Shown here in pieces: positions 41,531 to 58,550 of a DNA stretch of 64,000 bases (the stretch's first letter is position 1; the number at the start of each line of letters is the position of its first letter). The DNA is taken from contig OX597817.1 of the NCBI GenBank assembly GCA_951406725.2, positions 116,064,001-116,128,000 on the forward strand, in the 5' to 3' direction. The notes beneath the pieces are model-generated. The model did no database searches. It was given only the letters and a program-made list of their open reading frames with translations, and was not told where the DNA came from. Made by a program: the position numbers and the translations under genes. The stretch is from Octopus vulgaris. Taxonomy: Eukaryota.

Positions 41531-42717
41531 TTTTTTGTTGTTATCTAATATCTATGCTTTAAATTGTTCCATATTACTGAAAGTCTGGTGTGGGCTAAAT
41601 CCGTTGCTTTTTGGCTTAAAATAAGTCTTTTCAGAATTTTACTAATGGTAAATACACTCAAAATAGATATGGACGATGAATGTGAAATTCTGCATTTACC
41701 TTCTAATGCATACATATATAGCTTATTCTTTATTTAGGACTGAATAAAAGTTACAAAGCAGCAGTCACGCAAAGCAGCAGTCACAGACACAGAGGGCAAT
41801 TATGTGTATTGGCCATTCCAATTTTATACAATGAGTAATAGTTTCATCATTTGGTTTGATATTCATAGCAAATAAATAAATAAAAGATAAATAGAAAATA
41901 AATTAAAAGTAGAATAAACATATTCCGGTACTTAATGACACAGCCTTCTAGCAACATAAATATTAACGGAGGACTCTGAAATAATTTTATAGATTTAAGG
42001 ATTTGTAAACCGTATTTTCAGAACTTACTAAAAAAGAAAAATCAAAACCGATGATACGATAGGTTGCTGCTACATGGCTAACAATAAGGGCGAGTTAAAG
42101 AGTGTCCTTGGGCATATACCGAGCTCCACACTCAAAGTTACGTGAATGGAAATATATGAAAGGAAAATAAATTATGGAGATCTATTTGCATAGCAAGTGA
42201 CCTGATCTGAGATCGTGTGCTGGAACGAAAACAATTGCAGCGTGGAAGGTGTTTATAAGCCATTTAAGAAACACACAAAAACCGTTAGATTAACTTCGAT
42301 GTTTAAATTTAATTTGTGAAAAGAGAGAAAAAAGAAAGAATGAAGGAGGAAAAGGAAGAAAGAAAATCCCATTATTTGGACGAATGCTGAAATTGTCATG
42401 TACACATAAAGCGACAAACTTCGAGGTCTTAGACCAAGAAATAAACAAAATAGTTAATTAACAATATAATGAGTCAGGGAAATTTCATGAAACACGTTAA
42501 GCGAAAAGTATGAAGTAGTTTGTAAAACCAGGAATACTGAAAGAAACATGAAGTCGGGAAAATATACTGAATGGGTTTACCAGCGTGCTACAGTAATTTC
42601 TAGTACGACATACTGTGTGATACGAAGGGGTAGAGGGTTATGACCACTGACACCTGTAATACTAGCATATGAATAAAAAGAAACAGAAAAAGAAGAAAAC
42701 AAGCAAGCAAGAGTAAG

Positions 42718-42719
42718 GT

Positions 42720-42750
<31 letters not shown>

Positions 42751-42763
42751 CAGCAGTAGTAGT

Positions 42764-42823
<60 letters not shown>

Positions 42824-43162
42824 AGGCGGCGAGCTGGCAGAAACGTTAGCACGCCGGGCGAAATGCTTTGCAGTATTTCGTCTGCCGTTACGTTGTGAGT
42901 TCAAATTCCGCATAGGTCGACTTTGCCTTTCATTCTTTCGGGGTCGATTAAATAAGTACCAGTTACGCACTGGGATCGATGTAATCGACTTAATACCTAT
43001 GTCTGTCCTTGTTTGTCCTTGTTTGTCCCCTCTATGTTTAGCCCCTTGTGGGCAATAAAGAAATAAGTAGTAGTAGTAGTAGTAGTAGTAGAAGAAGAAG
43101 AAGAAGAAGAAGAAGAAGAAGAAGAAGAAGAAGAAGAAGAAGAAGAAGAAGAAGAAGAAGAA
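42718..43162. repeat. (AGT)n and (AAG)n tracts flanking a SINE
   Basis: (AGT)n at 42718-42823 and 43066-43091; (AAG)n to ~43160. Confidence 0.95.
42825..43065 (+). mobile_element. Full-length monomeric tRNA-derived SINE
   Basis: GGCGGCGAGCTGGCAGAAACG head, B box GAGTTCAAATTCC and core GTCGACTTTGCCTTTCAT.CTTTCGGGGTCGAT.AAATAAGTACC; closely matches the reverse complement of 25285-25516. Confidence 0.9.
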
Positions 43163-43739
43163 TACCACTAACACCACCACGACACTTGCGGAGCCAATGC
43201 CCTAAATGGCAGAATGTAAGTTTGGTAAAACAGGATTTAGTAAGGAATTAAGCATTTATAAACTGTAATATAAAGCATATATTAAGCTATTAGAGAACAA
43301 ACAACCGCCGGAATAAAGAATAACAAAAATACAACAAAATTACAACAAAAATAGAAAAGAGACAGTCTGAAAACAAAAGAATACTTGTAGTAGCCCGACG
43401 TAACAACAAATTCTGACGCATAGGAAATAAAACCGAACCGATACAAAAGTTTAAAACGGATTATTCATGGAATTTCAATTTAGAACTTGTTAATTATGGC
43501 ATAAACTAACATAGTAGGATTAACCTGCTCTAAGACAGATAATATAATCTCGAAATGCTTAAAAATCTACTAGCTTGCAGATCGGTTATTGTAGAATATA
43601 TTAAAGAAACAATGCAATTTACATAATGAATTTTAATATGTCTTCCTGTTTTATCGACGAACTGTAACATATGAATTGCTTATGTACGTACATTCTCATG
43701 TATATCGCTTAGAGATTCATGCACATACACACGCAACCG

Positions 43740-43789
<50 letters not shown>

Positions 43790-43824
43790 CGTGCAAGTGT
43801 GTGTGTCTATATGTCCGTGAAAGT

Positions 43825-43990
43825 ACGTGGCTGAATGGTGTCTCATGCATGATCCCAAGATCGTCATTTCGAGTTTCAGGCCGGCTATACGTTGAGTTCT
43901 TGAGCAAAACACCTTGTTTTACGTTCCTCCAATTCACTCAGCTTTAAATGGGTAAGCATTTGATAGATGGTTATACTATTGTACTATTCA
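43825..43990 (+). mobile_element. Degraded tRNA-derived SINE
   Basis: CGTGGCTGAATGGT head and GTTCTTGAGCAAAACAC core, as at 41312. Confidence 0.6.
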
Positions 43991-44213
43991 GGTTAACCGT
44001 TGGCCTAATCGCCTTCTCATTGAAGTGGGCTCATTTGGAATGTAAAACGATGTGAGGTAGAAAGCGTGATTAGAGATTCATAGCATCATCGGATTGTGCG
44101 CCCCACACATACATACATGCATGCGTACATACATACATACATATATAAAATATACATATGTAAATATTCATAAAATTTTATGTAATATATATGTGTATGT
44201 ATATATGTGATCT

Positions 44214-44249
<36 letters not shown>

Positions 44250-44294
44250 TATGTATAAATATATATATATGTGTGTTTGTTTATATACATACAT

Positions 44295-45820
<1,526 letters not shown>

Positions 45821-46289
45821 TATATATATACATATTTCAAGACAATGTAAATCTGATTTCAACAACAAGCAATTTTATAAAATTAGAACTGTAGTGTTAA
45901 TTTATTGATGATTTTATAGTAATATTTTTGGCCATTAAAAGACAAGAGATAAAACTAAGTGGAGAAAATTACTTGTTCTTGTAGCATAGTAGAAACACTT
46001 TGTGAGGTTTGGCACATAACGTTATCTAATTACCATTTTACTCTTCATTCAATTTCCAATGCAGACATTTCACACAACGGAGCAGTGTTGACCTAACAAA
46101 GATATATCAGTGTATTCCTACATACATATACACTTAGCATGCATGCATACGCCCACACATATCTGTCACTGTGTGTGCGTGTGTGCGACTCTGGGTGCAA
46201 GTGTGCGCGCATGCGTTTGTGCACACATGTGTGCGTATGAGTGTGTATATATATGTATGCATGTATGTATGTATCTATCTATCTATCTA

Positions 46290-46327
<38 letters not shown>

Positions 46328-46329
46328 TA

Positions 46330-46590
46330 GCCCAATGTCATAATTCAAAACTAACGCAGCGAAAATTTTGAAAAGTTCCCCAGTTCAGAAAAGATCGATA
46401 AATTCGACATGGGTCGACAATCAGAAACACAAACCGCAGATGGTGTAGGGGACGCAACTCGGGCTTTTTAACTATCAAAAAAATTTACCATAATTTTTTC
46501 CCAATTTTTTTGCTATTTTTTGGCTATAACTCTCTAAAAGTGCTTTATAGTTATTTCCCTTACAAACCCGAGCAACGCCGGGCGATACTG

Positions 46591-46594
<4 letters not shown>
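46330..46594 (+). mobile_element. Non-autonomous Helitron 3' portion
   Basis: Hairpin CCCG-AGCAACGC-CGGG followed by ATACTGCTA(T), the same terminus as at 44471. Confidence 0.6.
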
Positions 46595-46627
<33 letters not shown>

Positions 46628-46646
46628 TATACATACATATATATAT

Positions 46647-46702
<56 letters not shown>

Positions 46703-46975
46703 ACATACACATACACATACATATACGCATATGGGCATTGATTTACATTCATACTGGTTTCAGAAATTACTCGTATACGTGTATGTGTGTGTGTGTGTAA
46801 ATACATATTAATGTTTGTGTTTACGTTATAATATAGTTTTTATATTAAATCAAAGTATTACTGAATACGTTTCATAGAGGAAGTATATTTCATTCATTTA
46901 CAAGAAGAGAATTGACTGTGACTTCGAAATTTCACCCAGTTAAGCCATCAGATGTGTATGTACGAGGATACTTGC

Positions 46976-47052
<77 letters not shown>

Positions 47053-49239
47053 TATATTACAAATATATATGCTTACACACGTGTGTATATATAGATATGC
47101 GCACACACACAGCGCATACACACTCGTAAACATACATATATATTTACTCTTTTACTTGTTTCAGCCATCCGGCTGAGGCCATGCTGGGGCACCGCCCTTG
47201 ATATACCATACATAACCCCATATGTCTGCGTGTGTATTTATGTATATATGTATGTAACTTTATGTGAACGTAAAAGTTTTTATATTTTTGTTGTGATACG
47301 TGAATATATGTGAATATATGCTTTTATTTGCGTTCGTAATTAGATATTGGTTATTTCATTTAAACAAGCATTTCATTTTATCAATATATATATAATCTAG
47401 CCAAAAGCGGATGATACTGTGCTGCAATTTAACATGTCGGAAAATTATTACCTTCTTTGCACAAAATATGTTGCTCTTACGGTCGTATCAGCGGACTATT
47501 TGAATTTTGACTCCCTGTTGAATGCTTTGGGGTTCTAACTCTGATGCCTGTGCTCATACACATTTACAGCAGAAACGTATAACTGACGCACGTGTGGGGT
47601 ATTTGGCTGTGTTAAGTTCAGAAAAAAAATGATGAGCTTCTATGCTGTAAGTGTTTCAATCATTTGAATTATTCAATCAGTTCAATCATTTCAATCATTC
47701 AGTCCACATGAGGAGCGGTGGCCCTGATATGAAATCCGAGAACCTATTATAGCACAAGATGCCCTGTATTGTATTTTCCTATTAATTAGATGATTTATGC
47801 GGCTGGCTAGAGATGTGGCGTTGCTATACTCTTTATATTTAAATGAGTTTAAATGTGCAGAAATTAATGGTAGATCCGATATAATAGGTAGAGGAATTAT
47901 TTAATATGTTGTGGACAGTGCATTTGTATACCACCTTGAACCTTCTGCAACGGGCTTACGTCAGGCAATCGGTCCCGATCCTGCAGAGGGCACTGCCTAA
48001 AGGAGGTCCTCCAGACATTAACCCATAACTCATAACATCCACAACTTATAAACACAAATTTTTCCTCACATTTAAATATTCCCATAAGTCCAAGTGATAC
48101 GTATCCCTTACACACAACGCTTGCTTGCATATTTTTATGGTTGTTATAATATTCCTTTGTCTATCCCTTCATTATCTTCTCCATCAAAATTAGTTCTTTA
48201 GAAGAAAACTGTTACTTCTTTATTTAACCTGAGGATTTTAATCTAATCTCCAAAATTTTAAACCTTCATCCTTTAGATCTCCGAATCTTAAATGGTAACA
48301 TTTATTCCTAAACAATTAAATATTTAATTGGTTTCTCTATTCATGCCTGCTTCTCCATTCATCCTTTAATATATTTATACCCCCATAGGTAGGAATATAT
48401 CTATAACTATCTGGAACTTCATGTGTTCAAAAGACAGAAATATTAATTTTTTTTTATTTTTCATCCGCCATCATCTTCCTCCACTCTTCTTTTATCAATT
48501 TATTTTTACAATTTATTCTTATTCTTATTTTTGTTTCTGATTTTCATATTCTTTCCTTTAATTTTATTGTCTTTTTATTTTATTTTTTACTCTATATTTT
48601 GGTATTTCTTTCTTTATATTTATTTTTCTAACCAATCCTTCTGACCTATGCTTGCTAATACTCCCTCACTTACCTTCCTCTTCTCTATCCTCACAGGTTA
48701 CTCCATCTCTTTCTGTCTCTCTCTCTCTCTCCTCATAACCTATCTTTCCCATTCTTTCTCTTTTTCTTTCCCCCTCCACTTTGCTGAATAGCCACATTTA
48801 TAGTCATTCTCTCACAAATCATCCATCTTAATATCAACATACCATTCCCTTTTCTGCCAAAATATTGCCTGGATATTTATGCTGTGAACCCACTACTCAT
48901 ACTTTACTGCCTGGATTCAACTTGGATTTTACCGTTAGGACATAGAGTAACATTCACCCCCTCTAAGAAATGACCTGCGAACATTATTTCCTTATTTCCT
49001 TACTCTCTACTCTTCTCTTTCATTGCTTATTACCTGCGAATTTCCAAGTCTACATCATTTATCTGAATATTTCCATGTCTAGGTCTTTCATATTTTCCCT
49101 ACTAACCTATCACTTGGGATCTCCCAGAAACAGCTGTAAAACTTCAACTAATTTAAGAATAATATAAAATAATGTATATGACTTAAGATACATGTTATAC
49201 CTCGGGGTTTATTGCCCTCTTTCAGAAATATGTATACAT

Positions 49240-49304
<65 letters not shown>

Positions 49305-49334
49305 CATATAGATAAATACACACATACATATACA

Positions 49335-49380
<46 letters not shown>

Positions 49381-49419
49381 TTTACTTGTTTCATGTATGC
49401 ATATATATATATATATGAG

Positions 49420-49540
<121 letters not shown>

Positions 49541-50141
49541 TGTATATATATTTATATACAGATACATTTACATACATATATGTATAAATACATACATGCA
49601 TATATACAGTTGGAATACCTTTGGTTATGGGCCCGCTTATTTCTTAGCAGCATGGTGTTAAAAATATGCAACAGTACTGACAAAAAGGCAATGACTTTGT
49701 TGTATAAAATTGCATTAGAATTATTATTCTTACTTTAGGTTTAATGCAATGTCATTTGGTGTTTGTATATTTAGTTGCAAGTGTCTATATGCGCTTTACT
49801 GATTCCCATATAGAAATGAAGACAAATACTTCATACGCCACACAGATTTGCAATGCATTCCAAATATTTCTGTGTTCTCTCATTGTGTTGAAAGTAAATG
49901 TTGCTTAATCGTAAAATAATACATCATGTTTCTATGTTTCTTTAATTTTAATATACAATGTACATATATAGGATTTACAAAATAATGAAATTACATATTT
50001 AATTCAATTTCTGTTAAAACGCTACCTCCACACATCCACCTTTCGAATAAGAAAAGTAATCATACCAAATATAGTAAGACATTTGAGGATTCTGTATTTT
50101 GTCTCAATGTTTTGCCAAATATAATTGAAAATTCTACTTAG

Positions 50142-50172
<31 letters not shown>

Positions 50173-50214
50173 CTCTCTCTATATTTATGTATAGACATAT
50201 GTATATATATATAC

Positions 50215-50264
<50 letters not shown>

Positions 50265-50864
50265 GTATATGTATATGTATGTGTGTGTGTGTATATGCAT
50301 GCGTGTGTGTGTGTGTATATGTATGTTTGTATGTATGTGTGTGTATAGGAATATGTATTGATTTGACTCACTGGAAAGAAATTTTACAGGCCTGAACTCA
50401 TGAATTTAAACCAGGACTTAATGCCAGCACCGATTTCATAATAATTTAATATACAACAAAAAGTATTAGATATAGAAAAGAATTTATTTGGATACATAGA
50501 TACTCAAACGGAATAATAAATAGCTTATATTTTCTCAAAATATTCTATAGAAAGTTTGAAGGATTTATGAAGGTTACTTCATTTATTTGATTTATCCCTG
50601 TCGCATATCGCTTTGAATAAATCTGTTTGCAATTAAATTACAATTCTTTTATTTTTTCCTCCGCACATATAGTCTAAATACGTAGAAAACGTAAATGATG
50701 ATCATAATGCATGTTGCAAATATACATATATGTATACGTATTTATCTATATACATAAATACATACGCACGTGCACATACACACACAAACACACTCACTGA
50801 CACACACACATGTATATATTCATATATATATATATATGTATACACAAACTTACACACAAACACG

Positions 50865-50934
<70 letters not shown>

Positions 50935-51448
50935 TATATAAGCATATACATACATATGATATAAATCGTTCTACTAAAGACACAGGGGAGAAAGTGAGAG
51001 ACCACAGTGCGCAAGTGATGTCTGTTTTATATTCCTCCCCAAACGAATGGAAAACGAAGTCGATCTGAATGCATTTGAACTCAGGTTATAAAGTGCCAGA
51101 AGAATTGCTACCAACCATTTAGTCCGGCACCTGCAGTAATGATTCTGCTAGGTTGCCGTTTGGCACGTACGCCAACACACTCACATATACAGAATCTGTT
51201 CTACTATGAGTCTAAAATACGGCAGGAACGGAGTTGATTTCCTGACCCCCACTATTTTACTTGTACGTATTTTTCACATCCGAAATGGGGAAAAGCATAG
51301 TTCAGACTCGGCAGATTTCTGAACTGAGGACGTAAAATCTGACGAAATTAGTACTGTTAATGTTTTTTTTTTAAAGAATATATCTAAGAGCAGACTAGCA
51401 GGCTATAGTGCGTGCTGAGTTGAAACAACGCAAGTAAAATTATATATA

Positions 51449-52588
51449 CAGGGTAACTCATGAAAGGAAACGACATGCAGTCATAGTTGCTATACATACA
51501 AACCACAGTGATTTAGAAATTAGTAACTTTCTAAATGTTGCAAGATCATTTGTACACAAAGTTCGGTTGGAATTGGTAGAATGAGATGGTAACGTTTCAC
51601 CTGTATCAAAGAGAAAAAGTGTTCATAACGTCCAGACACTAAAAGGATACCGGAATTTTATACCACATGTTCGAAACATTATCAATGAAAACCCCCAGAA
51701 GAACAATGACGCCCATTGCTAAAGAACTTCGGATGTCAGAGTCGACTATTAGAACTGTGGTGCATCGTAATATTCGATGTAAGTCCTATGTAATGAGGAA
51801 AGGTCAATTCGTGTCTGCAAAGACACAAGCAAACCATCTCATCCATTCAAAACGGTTACTTAACAAAGTGAAAAACCTTCATGAACAAGACATGCTTTTG
51901 TTTTTCCCTGGCGAAAAAACTTTAACCAGGATCAAAACTCTACCAGAAGAAATGACAGGTGGTCATGTGCAGATTCTTGTAAAGTACCCAGAGTAATGCA
52001 CACGAAATTTCCAGCAACTGTGATGGTTTTAGGAGTGGTGAGTAGCGAAGGCCATGTGGTGCCTCCTCGCTTTTTTCCACCAGGTCTTAGCATTAATGTT
52101 GCTGGATACATTGAGGTACTAGAAACTCTTATCAAGCCCTGGATTGATGAAGTAAGCAATGGAAACCATGCGTGTTTCAACAAGACTCAGCACCTTTTCA
52201 CTAAGCCCTGGTCCCTCAAGAATTGTTCTCAGACAATGTTTACAACTATGTAATACCCAATATGTAGCCTCCAAACTCGCCAGATTTGAGCCTCATGACT
52301 TCTACGTGAGGATCATTGCTGAAAGGGAGACTAATCGTCATCCTAATAATACCATAGCTTCACTGAAGGCCGCCATTGTCCAGGTGATGTCCGAATGAAT
52401 AAGGACCATATAGTGTAAGCAAGCAGTCATCGAAGCCGAAGGCAGATTCATAGAATAATTTGCTTTAAAAATCTTTATCAAGACTAATTGCACAAATGTT
52501 TATTCAAATACATAGGTATTCATTTATGCTGAAATAAGTGTTGTTTTATTGTATGCAAAATCTGTCCCTAAATACCTCTCGCACCCTG
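51449..52588 (+). mobile_element. DD37D (maT family) transposon, inactive
   Basis: TA-CAGGGT and ACCCTG-TA termini. KFPATVMVLGVVSSEG and FQQD(S)...PPNSPDL.PHD(F), with 37 codons between the last two Asp if a 1-nt deletion is allowed. Confidence 0.85.
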
Positions 52589-53044
52589 TATAACAATAAC
52601 AAGACAAGTCGTTAGCATTGATGAACAATCTAACATATAGCGGCCTTGGTGACAGTTCCAGATAAACTAACCCCTAAATCGTAATCTACTTCATGCATGC
52701 AAATTAATGAAATTAAAAATTGCAGCCAAACCACTCTCTTATATATGTTATTCTGCACGTAACTATCTGTTTATCGTGCAGAATGTACCCGTAAGAAACA
52801 TTTACGGTGTCATTATCGTAATATACTGTTCATTACACTCAGAAGAAATTAGGAATATTGGTTTCAAATTTTAGCACAAAGTGGGGGAGGTGGACGTCTA
52901 TTACGTCAACCCCCCCCCCCCGACTCAAACGGTACTTACTTTATCGACTTTGAAGAGACGAAAGACAAAGGCAACTCGGTGGATGAAAATAATATTAGCC
53001 GTTCTGATATTTGAATGAGTACTATATTTTCAAACACACACATA

Positions 53045-53082
<38 letters not shown>

Positions 53083-53084
<2 letters not shown>

Positions 53085-54250
53085 GAAGGGTGTGCTGAAA
53101 CGTCCATAGGATAACTACATTGTTTCTTTCTCGGTAAAATGATATCTGACCGTTTGCAGAATACTTCAAATGCGACTTGTAGTGGCTTCTGTTGGATATC
53201 GACAAAGTTTCACATTGTGGTGTTATGAAGTATCTGCAGAAAAAAGGTTTAGGTACCAAGGAGATTCAAGTTGAAATGGTTGCTACCATTAGAGGAAGAC
53301 GCACCACGTTTATTAACAGTGCCTAAGTATACAGTTGAATTTAAGAATGGAAGGGAGAGCCTGATGTTGACCCGAGTCCAGATGTCTTGCAACTGCCACC
53401 ACCAAAGAAAGCATTGATTGCGTTCACCATATGCTGATGAATGACAATCGACTGGCTTATAAATCGAAATAGCCAATACTATTAGCATATCCAGTGACAC
53501 AGTTGAGAATATTCTGCATAATCAAGTTGGCATGACGAAGGATTTTGCTGCTTAGGTGCCACGCCTTTCGACACCTGATTAAAAGCACACAAAACTGATG
53601 CATAACGGGAAAATCTGACATTGTTTGAGGCAGCCCCAGCTGGTTATCTTGAGCGTTTCCTGCCCTAAGATGAGTGTTGCTTTCATAACTTTGATCCAGA
53701 GACAAAGAGACAATCCATACAAAGAAAACACCCTTCTCCAAAGAAAGCCAAGTTCGTTTTATTTGTAGGGAAATTGGTGGCCTCAGAGTTTTGGATGTAA
53801 AAGGGTCACAACATCAATAGAGATTACTAGGTCAACTTTCTGAGGCGATTATCAAAAGCTGTCAAGACCAAACTCCCAGGACAACTGACTGAAGGGGATT
53901 TTGTTTCAATAGGACGACGCTCTAGCCTTGATTTCAATGGCTGCTCTGCTTGAATGTAGATTTGAATGGATTATCCTCTCTATTCTCCTGATTTGGACGC
54001 GTCTGACTTTCATCTGTCCCCTAACATGACAAATCACTTAGATTGTAACCAGTATCGCAGTAATTATGATGTAAAATCTGCTGTTAATGACTTTTTGACG
54101 AAGAAGACGAAAGCTTCACAAATAGAATCGCAGCACTGCAACACCGATGGAAGCAGCATGTGGACCGTAGGGGGTACTTTATTAAAAAAGAAAGCCTCAC
54201 TTGAATACTACCTATGAGAGTCAGCCTATGAGCCTTTCAGTCTACTCTAG
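53083..54250 (+). mobile_element. Mariner (DD34D, irritans-like) transposon, decayed
   Basis: Degenerate termini GGGTGTGCTGAAACGTCCATAGG and CCTATGAGCCTTTCAG. Peptides EFKNGRES, (W)VPR, DE..FHNFDPETKRQS, YSPDLDASDFHL. Confidence 0.85.
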
Positions 54251-54315
54251 TACACACACACACACACACACACACAGGCACACACACGCACACACAGGCA
54301 CACACACACACACAG

Positions 54316-54403
<88 letters not shown>
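54251..54403. repeat. (CA)n/(TA)n microsatellite
   Basis: Read directly from the sequence. Confidence 0.95.
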
Positions 54404-57400
54404 CAATTCTACCCAGTGAGTTGAGTTCTGTACCAGATAATGTTCATGCTACGTGGAATATATTATTGATATACTTTAACCAAATAATGCGTATCAATAT
54501 TGTTTGATGGTGTATTTAGAGTTGTTTTGCACAGAAATATTCTAATCAAATATTCAAAAGATGATAAGCATTGCAGTCGTGTCACTATAGTTTTTTTTTT
54601 GTTAATCTGAATCTAAATAATCTAATTTATTCTGTTTTGTAAATGGATTTAAATAGATTTGATTGGGTAACTATCATCGAGTCCACTGGAATTGTGTTTT
54701 TCATAATTTTTTGATTTGTTGTAATATTGAATTATTTAGTTATAGACCTCTGTGCATCCTGGCTTTTTTTAAAACCATAAAAATACTTTCTGAGAGTCAT
54801 TTTTATATCACTCTTCTGAGCATTAGCTGATATATCTTGAATGCCTGTCAAGTACTTGTACCTCATGTATCTGCAGATGTTATCTATTTACTTGATTTAT
54901 TTTATTTCCTCAATGCATTACAATTTCTGCAGTACTGTCATTTTTTCCGTTACTGGACACGGTCTCCCAAATGATTTGAAAATGAATGTAATATTGCTTT
55001 AATTGAAATTAATTATTGAATATATGTATTTGCAAAGTGTGCTAATGATAATTTGAAGTACCTTAACACAATAGTATTAAGGGATTTCAGTTAAGACACT
55101 TTCTCTTTAATATTGCAAGTTTTTACAATACTTCTCAGCAAACATTATTTTTTATATGTTTTCTTAACCATAAGCTTGTAATTTAGTGACCAAGTCTTTG
55201 CTTTTACAATCTGACTATTATATCATTCAATTCATGATGTGATTGATTTCCGTATAATACTTCGAACAAATGACCTCAATCATTGTATGAGGTCGATTCC
55301 AGCATCAAACAGAGTATTTGAGAACTATATCACAGGGAATGGGACCAAACACTTCTAGTTCGAAGAATCATGACACATAATGTCATGTCATTCCACCTTA
55401 AGGATACAAGAGAGCGTGTAATACTCAGTTACAACAAAAACTATAGAAACCTATCTAGAATGTAGTACATCATCTCGCGTTCACTCGTCTAACGATAAGT
55501 AGCAGCCAAATACTTGTCCGTGGTTTAAAAATTTTATGTAGTATAGGAAAATATTTATCTCGTGTTCATTAATGTATTTTTTAAAATTGATCTGCTAGTT
55601 TTGAGGAATAACCACCGGTTATGTTTTCATATCATCAAAGGTTTTCTCATTAGTTATGCGATGATTTGTATTTGGCTGTTTATTGTTCCATATTACCTAT
55701 TTCGTAGGCGTGACGCTGAAGGCACAAATTTCTTTTGCAATTTGCTAGACTGAAATGAATGATACAGTTTATTTGTAAATTGCTATTTCATGAAATGGGA
55801 GTGCTAAATCGGACTGTTGATGCTATGAGTCGAGTTTCGTCTAGGCAATTTTTAATGCATTGCATATTGCATATCTCTGATCTAAAGAAATGTACCCTTT
55901 GTGTTTCCGTGTCTTTCTGATTGTGATCCTATGCTACATGTGTGTCGTTTTGTTTTGGAACTTGTTATGCTGTTTCTGCTGCGTTTAAGTATTTATTTGT
56001 TGTATCGATTACGTGGAGTGGGATTTCATCCTTACTGTTGAGATGTGTTACTAATTCGTATATACTGCCTGATTGTAGTGTTAAACGTTAATTCTGGCTT
56101 TGAGTATGTACTGTCTTCGTAATATTCTGTGCTGTAGAACATAAATAGGATGCCAAGTGCGTGTTTTTGATTCTAAGAGGTTAAGGTATGGACAATGTAA
56201 TAGTATCAGTTGTGTTATAATAAGTACGAATGAATCTCTGAATGTAGTTTGTATAATATTACTTGTGAGTCTTTCTATAGAGATGTGTTGTATGAGTTGT
56301 CATTTTATTGGATCACAATTTTCATATGATGTTCACAGACAGCAGAATATAGATTGTTTACGTTATTCTCAATAATACAAATGACTGTTAGAAGTATTAA
56401 AATGTACAAATCTTAGTATCTTGTGTATGATTTTGTGTGTGCCTTTCTAAAATAGTACTGTTATAATATTTGTAACAATGTCTTCGCACTTATTTCGCAG
56501 ATAATTTTATTCAAATTTTAAATCCCGCAAGCATTTGATTGCAGAAGCATGTATCGGGTTTTCCGGGTATCTTTTTCGGGTTGGATAAATATACCTCATA
56601 TAATTGCGGTTCGTTTAGTTATCCATATGTACCACGTTTGGTACATATTTTACCAATTCAAATATATTTCACATCAGCGTTTAGTATATTGCCCAGAACA
56701 TTAATACATATTTGATATGTATTAATGTCTGTGAGATATAATAATAGCTGGTCAGCGTGAAATGATGTACTAAATTGCCTCATTGCCATGATTTTACACT
56801 AAGACTTGGTATACACTTTTCTAGTTTATTTTCGTTTTTATATTTATGCATTAGCTCATTCACTGTGTTCACTTTATGTATTGTTTTGGATGAATATGTA
56901 TTTAGTGGGTAAAACAATAGGCGCTTAAAGAAACACGGAGCTATCCTCTCAGTATAGAAAGCTATGCATCCAATTCACTCCCTACCACTGTATAAAATCT
57001 TTACACACCGTCTTAGGATGTGAAAAACAATACTAGAAGCAGTGTGGAATCCACTTGATAGAAGGCATCTGCGAATTACTAGGTAATTTGAACGTGTATA
57101 TGTGATAGGTTTTATTCCAAAATACGATTATATATTTTCGTTCTTCTATAACATGAAAGACCTTTTTGAAAAATAGAAGTAAACGAATTAATTTGGTGAT
57201 CCGACAGTTTGCGAGAATACTTACTATTTTATCATTCAGCATTAAACATTATCCAGTTTCATGGCAGGTGATACATTTTTAAATTTGTTTTCTGACGTTG
57301 TGCCTGAAGCCAACGTATTTGTCATATAATTGGAGTATATTGTCGCTTTTTTTTGGCTGCTGCTATAAACACATTAAGAAACACAGCTATCCATGTATGG

Positions 57401-57410
57401 ATGTGTGTGA

Positions 57411-57464
<54 letters not shown>

Positions 57465-57540
57465 ATGTATATGTATATATATATATATATATGTATATAA
57501 CATATATGTATGTATGCATATATACATATGTATACGTATA

Positions 57541-57599
<59 letters not shown>

Positions 57600-58102
57600 T
57601 TATATATATACATACATATGTACGTATGGATATATATATATATAATTTATCATTTTGCATTTATTAATTTGACGGCCGCCGAAAAGCAGCATCTTTAATT
57701 TATTTTTGGAGTCATGTGCATGACCCACTTCTCGAAATTCAAGTAAAATATTATACATCGTTCATTTTTTGGTCATTAGCACATATGCTGATGCACAGAG
57801 GCACATTTGCGAGCGCACAAATATTATATCTATATCTTTGCTTACATTTTTATATAATTAACACTCTAAAATATTTATTAGCTGCCTATTAGAGGTCAAA
57901 TAGTTTGTTGAAATAATTGACCATCGAGTGGTTCATTGTCAAAAGGGCTACATGGTATTACATGCCATGTCCTCTTATTAAAATCTACTTAACTAATATA
58001 CAAACAAACACCCTCTTATTATTACTATTGTAAATTTCGGGCCTTGTGCCTAGAGTAGAAAAGAAATGTAGTATACGTCCTCTCTTTCGCGTCTTGTAAA
58101 AT

Positions 58103-58236
58103 ATTGTTTTCTACTCTAGGTACAGAGCCCGAAATTTTTGGAGGGGGTCCAGTCGATTAGATTGACCCCAGTACACAACTGATTCTTAATTTATCGAACC
58201 CGAAAGGATGAAACGCAAAGTCGACATCGGTGGACT
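58103..58236 (-). mobile_element. SINE 3' fragment (25121 family)
   Basis: TTTTCTACTCTAGG...GATTAGAT.GACCCCAGTAC...GAAAGGATGAA...AAAGTCGAC matches 25121-25250. Confidence 0.8.
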
Positions 58237-58423
58237 GCGTCTTGTAAAGTATTGGCAAGCCACCGACTAATCTCTGTATATGCTTTCAATAGTATTTTTC
58301 GAATTTCGCTCAACATTTCTATTTTCCTTTTCGAAAATGCCACTTAAAATCCCGCTTAAAAACTCGGTATTGTAAGCAAATGATTTATCCTTTATCGTTT
58401 ACTGATTAATATATACTTCCACT

Positions 58424-58478
<55 letters not shown>

Positions 58479-58550
58479 TTGTACATTCATATGTTTATAT
58501 GTTTATATGATTCTGTTATTGCGTGTGTATATATACATGCATCTGCACAC

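Noticed and set aside
42825-42912. tRNA-like sequence with A/B boxes
   Set aside because: It is a SINE head continuing into the SINE body, without a complete cloverleaf; the same applies to the other SINE heads.
47890-48130. ORF with Cys/His residues suggesting a zinc-knuckle remnant
   Set aside because: CCHC spacing is not recoverable in any single frame.
56698-56728. Perfect 14-bp hairpin ACATTAATACATAT-ttg-ATATGTATTAATGT
   Set aside because: Too short and AT-rich for a pre-miRNA or MITE call.
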